DNA of 64,000 nucleotides from Octopus sinensis (lineage: Eukaryota): positions 51,212,001 to 51,276,000 of the forward strand of contig NC_043000.1 of the NCBI RefSeq assembly GCF_006345805.1, given 5' to 3'. Shown in pieces: positions 12,562 through 23,440 of the stretch. The position numbers and the translations under genes were made by a program. Under the pieces are notes generated by a model. It worked only from the letters and a program-made list of their open reading frames with translations. It ran no database searches and was not told the origin of the DNA. Position 1 is the stretch's first letter; every line of letters starts with the position of its first letter.

Positions 12562-12884
12562 TATATGAAAGAATGGAGTTGAACGACTAGTTAACAAATA
12601 TCCTTTATTCTCGACAAATGTTTCGAAGGCTGCATATTCCTAATTCCGAAGGAATAAGGAGTACATTATGCAGATTTCTCATCAGAAAAATCAAGGAACT
12701 TATGTCGACATCAAAATGCACAAAAAACTTTTAGCTGACCGCTCTCAAGGAGCCCCACGAAGACACGTAGTCTATGCCCTAGGGACGTAGCTTCAACCGT
12801 GTTCTTTCTGATGTGAATTTGCTACCCAGGTATCGGTTATCTTTCGAATTATCCTTAATAAGATAATTCATTCAATTACTCAAA
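12560..12884 (-). mobile_element. Short Penelope-like (pLTR) or retrozyme-like non-autonomous insert carrying the hammerhead
   Basis: ~325 bp island richer in GC and CpG, flanked on both sides by (TA)n. Contains a type I hammerhead followed immediately by AATAAA, an arrangement typical of Penelope pseudo-LTRs. No ORF. Confidence 0.6.
12601..12697 (-). ncRNA. Type I hammerhead ribozyme, complete core
   Basis: Minus strand reads TCCTTGATTTTT-CTGATGA-GAAATCTGCATA...TATGCAGCCTTC-GAAA-CATTTG-TC/GAGAATAAAGGA. Core CUGAUGA (12685-12679) and GAAA (12624-12621) are canonical, with a G10.1-C11.1 pair and a GUC cleavage triplet. Helix I pairs at 11 of 12 positions. Confidence 0.85.
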
Positions 12885-12887
12885 TAT

Positions 12888-12920
<33 letters not shown>

Positions 12921-15629
12921 CTGAAGGCTTGCTTTTATGTTAAGCTAAATATTTAACAAAAACAGTTAACCATTAAATTGAAGGATCACTCAGTTCTTTC
13001 TGTTGTTCTATATTTTTTTCAAGGAAAAAGTCCAGTGACTTTGATGTTTTGCTTTAAGTAACATCATCAGTCAGATGATGGCAAATAAGCAGAAACTGTG
13101 AAATCATTTGTTGGTAACAAGCAGTGTATCTAGCTATAGGTAATTCACCTCAATAAATTCTGTTTGTCTCATGTGAGTATGGAAATGAGGATATTAAAAG
13201 GGTGGTGATGATGATATATTAAACTCATAACTAACTACTTTATATTTAGTATTTACTACATGTGTAAAACTGGAATAAATTTATTTTTAATCTTTATGAG
13301 AGACATTTTTATTTAAAATATGGCATGCTGTATTCAGAATCAGTTACATTTATAAAATGTTAAGACTTAAAAGTTATAACTTTTGCATCTAATTAGAATA
13401 ATTGCATGTTCTTTCTATCTACCCAGTTAGGGAAAGTTTAGACTATGTAACAACACTTTCAGTTTTGCCTTGAAGATTTAATGTGGATGATTCTATCAAG
13501 AGAATCCATTGGTCAAAAGATTTATTATATAAGAATATAAAATATATATAATATTTCAATGGGATATGAATGAACTGAATAAAATTTTATTCTAAGTAAT
13601 TAGTCTTAACTTGAGACACATAGCAGTCTTTTTAGCAGGCAGCTAATAAAAATTGATTTCAATTTCATTAAGTAATAAGAATGATACTTAAACAAGATAT
13701 GACAAGGTATTGAATGCAGTACTAGTGTTAGTATATTTGTTAACATAAGTTTATCTTGACATATTTGTATTATAACTTGGAAGGAAAACCAGAAATTTAA
13801 ACTATTTTCTTTAACATTCACAGTTGGGTATTATCCTATTAAATTATTGGACCTTTGGTTCTGCTAGCATGTGAAAAGCAACAGTCTATGACAATTTTAC
13901 TGTTACGAATGAGATGAATGAAGAATATTACACAAGTGATTATCATATCTCTAAATATTTAATTAAGTAAATGATATTTCTGATTAGTATATAATAAAAG
14001 TTTGGTTTGAAAAGTAAATTAGTTAACTTGAGATACTTTAAATATCTCAATGATGTGCAGTTTTAAATGTTTAAAGAACACAGATGCTATGAATTGTAAA
14101 ATGCTATTAAGTTTTGAAAATGAATTTCTCTAGAGAAGTCTCAAGTGACTGCAGCCAGCCAACTACCATCTTAAAACACATAAAATGATGATGACAAAGT
14201 CTCAATGGAAGCTAAAAATTGATTAATTTTGACTACTATAAATTATGAAACACAAAGCAAAATAACAACTAAGTGATGTATAGTCATCAAAACTCACAAA
14301 AATCATTTTCTGTGTTAAATCATACTTTAAATAATTTGACATAATCAGTATATTCAAAAGCAGCTCATGCCGAAGAAATATCAAGATAGCTGGAATAGTT
14401 GGACAGCAAAGTACTTCAAATTAAATATATTTTATCCCATACCTCTTTTGAGTTTTATGTTTATATTGCTTTTGCAAATCCCAGTGCTGCATAGGCCATT
14501 GTAAATTGTAAAAAATTTGATCAGCAATTATAAAGTTGTGTGTTAGTTCGATTCCCACACTAGGGATTGCAGTATTTGTGTTATAAGCTTTGCTAATACA
14601 TTTCATCTAACTTTCAGTATTCATAATTTTCTCTCTTTAACTTAAGTTATTATTCTCTATACAAAGGATGAAACAGATTATCAAGCTGCACATTTACAAT
14701 CTATTTCACATGATCATTAATATATAAGTCAATTCAGAATTGATGTAAATTATAATTAGTATAAGAAATAAAGAGTTATTTTAACTTATTTGCAGTGTAA
14801 ATAACCATTTGCTAACTGTATCATATAAATGTTTGCAATTTGTTTAATTGCTTCACTTTATTAGCAGAGTAAGAACTATAAAATTGCTTCAGCATATTCA
14901 AGTCTAAAAACTATATCCAACCACTCAAGTATCTTTATATTTATTTATTCATACTTATTTTATGGCTGTCTATTCATTGGACAGATATGACCATCACTGA
15001 TGATTAGAAAATAATTGCCAGTAGTGTCTATATGAAATCTAAGTTTAGAATAGCCTGTGTAACATTGCAATGTCAGTCATTATCTGGTCTAAAGAAGCAC
15101 AATACCTTTCTTGTAACAGAGCAACCATCTCCTAAACATTTGCTTTATGGGGTCCAAATTCCTGCTAGTCTTACAGAGCTCTGGACACCAATCTGGAATT
15201 TCTAAGTATACATGCCATTGTTAGATAGTTGTTCATCCTCTGCTAGGTTCGTCCATCATTTTCACTCGTGTTCTTTTTGTCTTGTCAAGTTCCTAGTTAT
15301 CCTTATTTCCAGGCTTGCCGGGTTAGATGTTAGGTTATTCATGACTTTGCAATATGCTGTACTTGATTAATTGTTGTTTTTAATGCTTGCAAACATACAT
15401 TCATAGGTAGGAAGTTTTATGAATTAGGACTATCAACTCTGTGTGTATTGAGCCTATAAACTTTAAATTGCATTTGGAATGATTTGAAGTCATTTTGGGA
15501 GTTAATGAAGGTGTATCTTGAATGCAAATGAACAGCAAACCATGATGCAATATGGTTAATTGAGCTTACAGAGTGAGTACTGTCCAAATGTCTTCTGAAA
15601 CCTATATCATCAGCAAAATTCTTCTCTCA

Positions 15630-17013
15630 GTTGTAAAACTACCAAATGGGAAAATTACCTGACTGTTGGCTCTAGGAAACTCACATTTACAGGAGAGCAA
15701 TTGCCAACATGTTAAAATGGCAATGGATGTTGAACTTAATTTGCCAATTTGGTTGACTATGGCATTGACAGAATGAGGAGAAACATGTGGAAAAATATTA
15801 AAGATTAGCAACATGCTTGTATGTAATGTATAAACTGTGTATACATTGCTTCAGTGGGCTTCTCCAAGGTCACACTGAAACAAATGATGTGGTGACTGAT
15901 GGGCAAACAAATAAAAAAAAATGGCCTCCTTCCTTCAGAGCTATTGTTAAGGATGTGAAGTAGCATTGCTAAAATCTACTGAAAATATGGTTTGATTAGG
16001 AAAAGACATTTGACTCGGTCTCTCACTTGTGTGTACAATAGTGATTGTACTGTGCTAATGTTCTGTCTGATATAATCAATACCATTAAAACTCTGACTAC
16101 AACAAGGTTCATACAGTTATCACACAGAACTGATACAAGTACAAAGATAATTTGATTATCAGAACAATAGTTTGTCTGTTCTGGTATTTTTTCTGACACT
16201 GGACCCCTTGCCAATTGAGAAAATTGAAGGCTGTGTTGGGAACTGCAGAAAAAAGAAGAGTAAAGTCACCTGTACCTTTTCTGTTTATGACCTGGAGCTG
16301 TATTCAAGAAATTTTCACAGCAACAAGAGACAGTTGGAGCTAATCAAATCATTCTTATGGGACATAGAAATGGAGTTTGGTGAAGATAAGTGTTCATCTT
16401 TAGTGATTAATCAAGGAAATATTGCTAACTAAATGAGGGATATGGATATTGATGGCTTCTCTATCTCCTCTATCTCTTATGATGAATGCTACAAGTGTCT
16501 TGGAATTGATGAAAATGTTGCTTATATTAGTGCTATGAGTAAAGCTAGGGTGACAAAGGAATACTTCAGTAAAATTCAGAAAGTATAGAAGTCAGAATTA
16601 TTTACTATCAATAGGGTAAATTCCCTTAATGCTTTTACAGTACAGTGCAAGAGCCAACATTTAGAACACCAGATTGGTCATTTGAAGACCTCTTGGACAT
16701 CAAGATTAGGAATGTATTAACTACAACTGATGACTTACACATCAGAAATGATACTGAAGGATGGAACAGTCCAAACGTTTGTCCAAATGACCTTGGAGTG
16801 CCACATCATATCCAAATAATATTATACACTTTAGAGGAAAATGAGTCATCACATGTACACTCAACAATGAAAATAGCAAGATTTAAAGAGTCAGGAAGCA
16901 ATTCTTGTTTTGATACTTTGAGTGTAGAACTGCTGTTCCATGTGACCGGAAGGTAGCTGGACATGGAAAGAAACTTGTGAGAGAAATCATGTCATCATAA
17001 ACTTATGCATGAG

Positions 17014-17044
<31 letters not shown>

Positions 17045-17760
17045 TTCAAGATAGTGGATACCAAAATATTGACAGGAGATATAACTTCTGGAACTTGTGA
17101 TACATTGCAGCATATCTAGAATGGTATGTCTTTGCTTTCTAGGTACAAGCCTTAGCTAGTGAATATCTGATCAACAAAAGAGATAAGGATACCTCCAAAA
17201 TACTATGATGTGAGGGACAATGTTGATAGTATCATACAGTGTAGAAGATAGCATCAACATCTGCAGCAGCTGCCAAAAATACCTGCAAATTACCACCTTC
17301 CCATGAGATATAACATTGTTGCCAGTACTATTAACGATACTGTCCACAGGGAAGATTGTTCTGATTGCCATACCAAAGGCACACCCAGAATTTGCACCTT
17401 TTAAAAGTAAAGAATATGGTTAGAACATTCTAATAAAAATAGCAATATAATGTTCTGATGAAACAAGGAACAAAAGTCATGCTCTGTTGTAGAGATCATA
17501 TTCCCAGTGGATGAAGTTGTCTCATCTATAGTTTTAGAAAAAGAAAACTTCTATCATAAACTAATGTAGAATTCACACCTCTTGTATTCTGACTGAAGAT
17601 TCTCATTTGTGATTGTTATCATTGGCGCACTTGGCTTATGCAAGAACGACTTTGCATAAAAACATTGGAAATACTGAATCTTCAAGAAAGAGCAAGACAT
17701 ATACATAAAGCGTAATCGTAGATGAACATGTGTGCTAAAGAGAAATTATACCCATTCCAT
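15630..17760 (+). mobile_element. Decayed R4/Dong-clade non-LTR retrotransposon (RT, CCHC knuckle, restriction-like endonuclease)
   Basis: Collinear motifs broken by stops and frameshifts: PIWLT (~15745), ATCLYVMYKL (15808), WFD*EKTFDSVSH (15988), SVYDLELY (decayed YxDD, ~16283), DIEMEFGEDKC, YKCLGIDE, VTKEY, PTFRTPDWS..LDIKIRNVLT, KLMHEY, EWYVFAF*VQ, VEDSINICSSC..YHLPMRYNIVA, CSVVEIIFPVD (17480), EKENFY, IIGALG (~17620). Confidence 0.85.
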
Positions 17761-17829
17761 GAGTCCATTAATCTTCATGTATATGCTCACATTAATTCAC
17801 ATACTCACAAATCTCTGGAAATATATTTA

Positions 17830-17906
17830 CTACACACTCACATATATATGCATACATACATACATACATACATAAAACACACACATACATACATACATAC
17901 ATTCAT

Positions 17907-17948
<42 letters not shown>

Positions 17949-18210
17949 GTACATATATAAACACACGTGTGTATATATATGTGTGTGTATGCATACACAC
18001 GTTTCATATATATATATATACACATACAAATATATAAACATACATATGTATGTTTATATATATATACACGTATACACACACGCATATATAAATATATACA
18101 TACATATGTACATGTATGTGTGTACATGTGTATATGTATGTGTGTATATGTATTTGTCTGAGTGTATATGTATATTTATGTATATATGTGTGTGTAGATA
18201 TGTATATATT
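17830..18210. repeat. ~380 bp alternating purine-pyrimidine (CA/TA/TG) compound microsatellite
   Basis: Directly visible; includes a perfect 32-bp palindrome at 18030-18061. Confidence 0.9.
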
Positions 18211-19089
18211 TGAGTTTTGTCATCTCAGTCTATGTAATAACATAATTTAGAAAATTAATCATTAGTGGACAAATTCTAAATTGCTTCATTTTAGTGAATA
18301 TTCTTGTAGTTACTGTTAAATTTATCATTATATAAGTATTTAATATTAATTACATATCACATATAAGATGTCTTCATTATACTAAATGAATATGTGTATA
18401 AATACACTTATTTAATTTATTAATTAGTTGATGATGATAATAATAATAATAACAATGAATACTTTCATTTGACTTAATAAATAAATTTCAGAATGAAATT
18501 AATTATTATAGTATTGTATAGTTTATAAATTTTATTTTTATTCCAACAATGTTATTTGTTACTTCTGAGAGTATTGATAGAGTTTGGATATGCACTATGT
18601 ATGGTCCTTGAGTTTGTAAATAATAATATTGATTAGTTCATCAAGAACAGTCCTTAATACTTGTTAGGTTTATGTTATTGATTTCTATCCATTCACTAAA
18701 TTTTCCCTTCCATAATATACGAATAACAATCATTATTTAAGTAACTTCAAACCTGGTTACCCCTAAAAGATTAGTAAATTTTGATTCCCATTACTATAGC
18801 CTAAATATATATCTATGGAGTACTTTGTTTATTGCATTTACATCCTCAAGTTTATATTAGTGTTTATTATGGAATTCTCTCTACGATAAATTAGTTAAGC
18901 AAGGAAATTTTCATTAGGTTTCAATTCATATCTGTTCCGGAATTATCTTCCCCTGATAAACAATAATTAAAGACAATAATTTTGTTTATATCAATTCATT
19001 TAAATAAATAGAAGAGTTGTTGTATTGAAGATGAAATTGTTTGTATAGTTTTTGTTGCAGTTCTAGATAGGGGAAGACTTAGATACTTA

Positions 19090-19091
19090 AT

Positions 19092-19149
<58 letters not shown>

Positions 19150-19166
19150 TATATATATATACACAC

Positions 19167-19197
<31 letters not shown>

Positions 19198-19225
19198 ATA
19201 ATATATATATATATATACACACATA
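19090..19225. repeat. (TA)n microsatellite
   Basis: Directly visible. Confidence 0.95.
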
Positions 19226-19495
19226 TCTTATTGTTGTATGTTGTGGTGACAAGGGACTCTCTTGGACATGGACAGATTTCGATTGGTACGTGTTTGAGAT
19301 GTAATGAAGTGAATTTCGATGGTTGTGGGTTGCACTTACTTGACTGTATCATCTGTTAGAGTGTTTTTGTTGTTTTTTTATTGTAATTGATGTATGATTG
19401 AATAGTTAGTGCTCATGCTCATAAAATATAGATATTTGAATTAATTTTTACAATCCAACCCTCCTTTCACACGGAATTTCGTCTATCTTTAAACC

Positions 19496-19590
19496 ATGAC
19501 CCTGAAGTGACTTATATATATAAGGGAACTATTATTGTGTATCTATATCAGAAAATGTATAAAAGTCGAAACAATTTGTTAGCATTTTTG
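19496..19590 (+). mobile_element. Degenerate hammerhead-like motif (Penelope-type relic)
   Basis: CTGAAGT-GACTT...AAGTC-GAAAC-AATTT-GTT: helix II and helix III are recognisable, A9 is mutated and helix I is lost. Confidence 0.4.
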
Positions 19591-19807
19591 TTTTTTTTAA
19601 TAATTGTTTGTTATATAATATTAAGTTATATTATTTCATAGTATATTATGTAATACTATAATATAAATAAATTATTTGATATTCAATTGTATCCGTCTAT
19701 TTAATTTATCTTTGTAATTGCACTATTTATATGGTATTCAACTGATGTACCAGTGAATTGGATGCTTAACACACTCCTTTGAAGGAACTCTTTTCCTCAG
19801 TTTGTTA

Positions 19808-19863
<56 letters not shown>

Positions 19864-20001
19864 TCACATGCTTGTACATATATGTACTAAAGAGAAATAA
19901 ATACATAACGTATTGTTATGCTAAAATCTTTGATGGTGGTGCCATAGTCTAATGACAAATGAGTGAAAAGAATACATGCTTGTATGTTTGTCTGTGTGTA
20001 C

Positions 20002-20075
20002 ATTACATATACACAACAGATACTGATTACATATACACAACAGATATACAGATTACATATACACAACAGATACTG
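20002..20075. repeat. Minisatellite, 3 x ~24-26 bp (ATTACATATACACAACAGATAC..)
   Basis: Units at 20002, 20026 and 20052. Confidence 0.9.
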
Positions 20076-20387
20076 ATATAATTTATGTTGTTATGAAACT
20101 TCACCATAACTTTTTACATTTACTATTCCATGCAAGAATGAGTAGGAAGGGTCAGTTTCATCAGTGTCTCTCTACTTGCCCTAGTTTTGTTTGTGAGCCT
20201 CAGCATCTTTAGATCATCTCATGCTTTGTTTGGTCATGCTCATCTGCAGTTTCTTTCTATCTCTATTGTTTGGCCTTTTCAATTTTCACTCAGCTATAAT
20301 TCTTCATTTTATTCAACCATCATACTTTATTTTAAACTATCATTTCCTCCATACCATTGCAGTCTTCACTTTATCCTGTAGCAGACA

Positions 20388-20838
20388 TTCTTTTCTACTC
20401 CAGGCACAAGGCCCGAAATTGTTGGGGAGGGGGCCAGGGGATTAGATCAACCCCAGTTCTCAGCTGGTACTTAATTTATCAACCCTGAAAGGATTAAAAG
20501 CAAAGTTGATCTCAGTGGAATTTGAATTCAGAACATAAAGACAGATGAAATACCTATTTCTTTACTACCCACAAGGGGCTAAACACAGAGGGGACATACA
20601 AGGACAGGCAAATGGATTAAGTCGATTACATCGACCCCAGTGCATAACTGGTACATCCAAAAGGATGAAAGGCAAAGTCGACCTCGGCGGAATTTGAACT
20701 CAGAACATAATGGCAGACAAAATATGGCTACGCATTTCGCCTGGCATGCTAACGTTTCTGCCAGCTCGCTGCCGTCAGATGAAATACAACTCAGCATGTC
20801 ACCCAGCATGCCAAAATTTCTGCCAGCTTGCCGCCTTA
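20388..20838 (-). mobile_element. Nested pair of family-B tRNA SINEs (inner 20554-20775 inside outer 20388-20838)
   Basis: Two copies of the head ...GGCGGC(A/G)AGCTGGCAGAA...GTTCTGA(A/G)TTCAAATTCC and of the body GCCTTTCATCCTTT...AGTACCAG; perfect TSD CAGATGAAATAC at 20542-53 and 20776-87. Confidence 0.85.
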
Positions 20839-20859
20839 GACTGTAGCAGATATTTTTGT

Positions 20860-21070
20860 TTGTTTTTCACTCAGTACACTTTCAACCCATCATTCATGTT
20901 GGTTGACATTACACTGAATTGTATCAAGCATGCCCTGCTTGACACATTTATTTCCAGCTGGGTGTATATCCTCCACATTCAACACCCTTGTTTCTAGTGA
21001 CATTTTCTTTCTGAGCATCACATGCATAAATCATACCTTTTGCCCTTATTTATGAGGAGGAGTTCCCCAT
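20860..21070 (-). mobile_element. Possible old RTE-type LINE fragment
   Basis: Minus strand gives a heavily decayed KG.RYD...LE.N..S...FSV pattern resembling the RTE post-RT region; weak. Confidence 0.35.
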
Positions 21071-22130
21071 CACCAACAGAGGCAACAGCTCACTGAACTT
21101 TTTAAATGTAACAAAGCAGAAGCTAGATCTAAAGAGGTTAATCTTAGAAGCCATATTAAGGAAAAGTATCTTAGATCTTGAAATAACGGAAAGATTTTTG
21201 TTGATCTTGAACCTAAAGGGGTTGTTTTGTAAATTAATTAAAAATAAAGCAGAGTTTAGCCAAAAACTACAATAAAAAGAAATAGAATTTTGTGTAATGT
21301 AGTTCTTTTTACATTTGTCACAAATTCATTCATCGTGTTTTTCCTAAAATGTCACTACCATTTAAGAACTGAACAATTCTGGTAATACACTGTAGAGCTT
21401 ATCCTTGTTAATATCAATAATGCACAATGCATTCTAATAAGACTGTTATTACTTTTATAGTAATATATTTATCATTCTTGCTACATATAAATAATGTGTG
21501 TGTGTGTTGTAGCTATGAAATTATATATACTACCATTAAAATTGCTTTCAAACAAACACACTAATTGGAGAAATGGTTTTGTCATACTTTCTATTTCTTT
21601 TTAACCAGTTGTTAATTCCCTGATCTAATAAGATGCCTTTGAAGTAGAAGAAATCTTAGACAACATGTGAAAAGAAATCCAAAAGTATTGAGATTTCTGA
21701 AAGATACATAGCACCAATTGTATAATAACAATATTTTTAATGTGTAATTATGTTAAAAAAAAAAGAAAACCTTACTCATTGTTGGTATGAATATTTATTA
21801 TTGACAATAAATTATTCATCCTCACAAAAAGATAAAAGAAATCTCTTGGCAATATAGTGTGAGAATTATATAGGATTGATTAGGCTCTTAACATCTTGAG
21901 TTGGCTTTATCTGGCTAGTATACGAGTTACTAGTACATATGTTAATCCAGACAAATAATTAACAAAAACTTGTCTTTCACCATCTCTTCAGGAATTTATA
22001 ACTGACTTTTCTTATACTTTTGTGTTTTCTTTTTATCACCCAATAAGTTCATCTTCTTGAATCCAATAGTCATTGTCTCATTTCTTCTGACCTATACAGT
22101 TTGATTTTAATATGACTATGTGATATAAGG

Positions 22131-22441
22131 GTGGAGGCGCAATGGCCCAGTGGTTAGGGCAGCGGACTTGCAGTTGTAGGATGGTGGTTTCGATTCCCAG
22201 ACCGGGCGTTGTGAGTGTTTATTGAGCGAAATCACCTAAAGCTACACAAGGCTCTGGCAGGGGGTGGTGGCGATCCCTGCTGTACTCTTTCGCCACAACT
22301 TTCTCTCACTCCTTCTTCTGTTGGCCTGCTCACTTAGCCAGCGGGGTGGTGTCATTTGAAGGCTAAAACAATGCAAAGCACATTGTGACCAGTGATGTGT
22401 AGCAACATCTGATAGCCTAGTCAGCCATGTGATGTGATGTG
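22131..22441 (+). mobile_element. Full-length tRNA-derived SINE with (GTGAT)n tail and 13-bp TSD
   Basis: A box TGGCCCAGTGG (22143-53) and B box GGTTTCGATTCC (22186-97); TSD ATGTGATATAAGG at 22118-30 and 22442-54. Confidence 0.85.
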
Positions 22442-22450
22442 ATGTGATAT

Positions 22451-22850
22451 AAGGTGGTGAACTGACAGAATCATTAGCATGATAGGCATCATTTCATCTG
22501 TCTTAGAAGCTTTTCATCTGTCTTTATGTTCTGAGTTCTAATTCCACTGATGTTAGCTTTGCCTTTCATCCTTTCGACTTGATAAAATAAGTACTAGTTG
22601 TGTACTGAGGTTGTTGTAATCAATTAGCCCCCTCCTCTGAACTTGCTAGCCTTGTGCCAAAATTGGTAGAATCTTTAGCATACTGAGCAAAATGCTTAGA
22701 GGCTTTTTGTTCTATCCTTACATTCTGAGTTCAAATTCCACCAAGGATGACTTTGCCTTACATCCCTTCAGGGTTGATAACATTAGTACCAGTTAAGCTC
22801 TTCCTCAAAATTATTGGCCTTGTGTCAAAAATTTGAAACCAATATGACTT
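22451..22850 (+). mobile_element. Two tandem family-B SINE copies
   Basis: Two successive GAATC.TTAGCAT...TTCTGAGTTC.AATTCCAC...GCCTT.CATCC.TTC...GATAA...AGTAC.AGTT units. Confidence 0.75.
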
Positions 22851-22959
22851 ATGTGACTGTTTCAGAAGAAAATGAGATTATGGGAAAGTTAAGTTATCCT
22901 TCAGTTTGAAATGTTTTAATGTATAATTGTCCTTAGTTTTGGGGGAAAATGGTTTGAAA

Positions 22960-23440
22960 GTCATAACATGCCGGCAGGAAATAACATCACTAAGTGAGAT
23001 AGGCTGACACTGAATTAGCTACGCTGATTGACAGATGATAATATCATTTAGAGAATGCGTGGGCTGAGACTATGCACCTTCATTGGTCAGTTAAAGTTGA
23101 GACAGTGTCATGGGACAACTTGCTGGGGCTGCCTGCTGGAGCCTAGCAGCAGGTATTTAAAGGAAAAAATTTGACAAGACAGTCAGTCACCTGCTGACAC
23201 TCATTGACGCTACATCAAAGAGGCCAGGGAACAGAAGAAAGATAAAGAAGACATGCACCCAACACCAGAGCTGAAGACACCTCCGAAAGGGGTGGGGGGT
23301 GCCATGTCAAAACAGTAGAGGAGTAGGGGCCGAAACCGGACGTGGTTCTTCCTGATGATGTCGTGAGCTAACTGGATCATATAAAGCTGCTGTTGTGGTA
23401 GCAGACCACGAAACATGGTTGAAATTCCTCATATAATTGA
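22960..23440 (+). mobile_element. GC-richer Penelope/retrozyme-like relic with partly decayed hammerhead motifs
   Basis: CTGAAGA (23271)...GAAACCGGAC (23332-41) and CTGATGA (23352)...ACCAC-GAAAC-ATG-GTT (23405-20). A TATTTAAA element lies at ~23154. Confidence 0.5.

Noticed and set aside
15120-15160. PSPKHLLYG, resembling the RTE C-terminal PK.LLYG motif
   Set aside because: Isolated match with no flanking support; the downstream sequence belongs to the R4/Dong RT instead.
20002-20075. Short direct repeats as a CRISPR-like array
   Set aside because: Contiguous minisatellite with no unique spacers, in eukaryotic DNA.
20424-20450. G-rich runs as possible G-quadruplexes (also 23289 and 51520)
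   Set aside because: They lie in SINE tails or TE relics; short and unremarkable.
22131-22215. tRNA-like sequence (likewise 44270-44345)
   Set aside because: These are SINE heads with A/B boxes but no acceptor-stem closure, continuing into SINE bodies.
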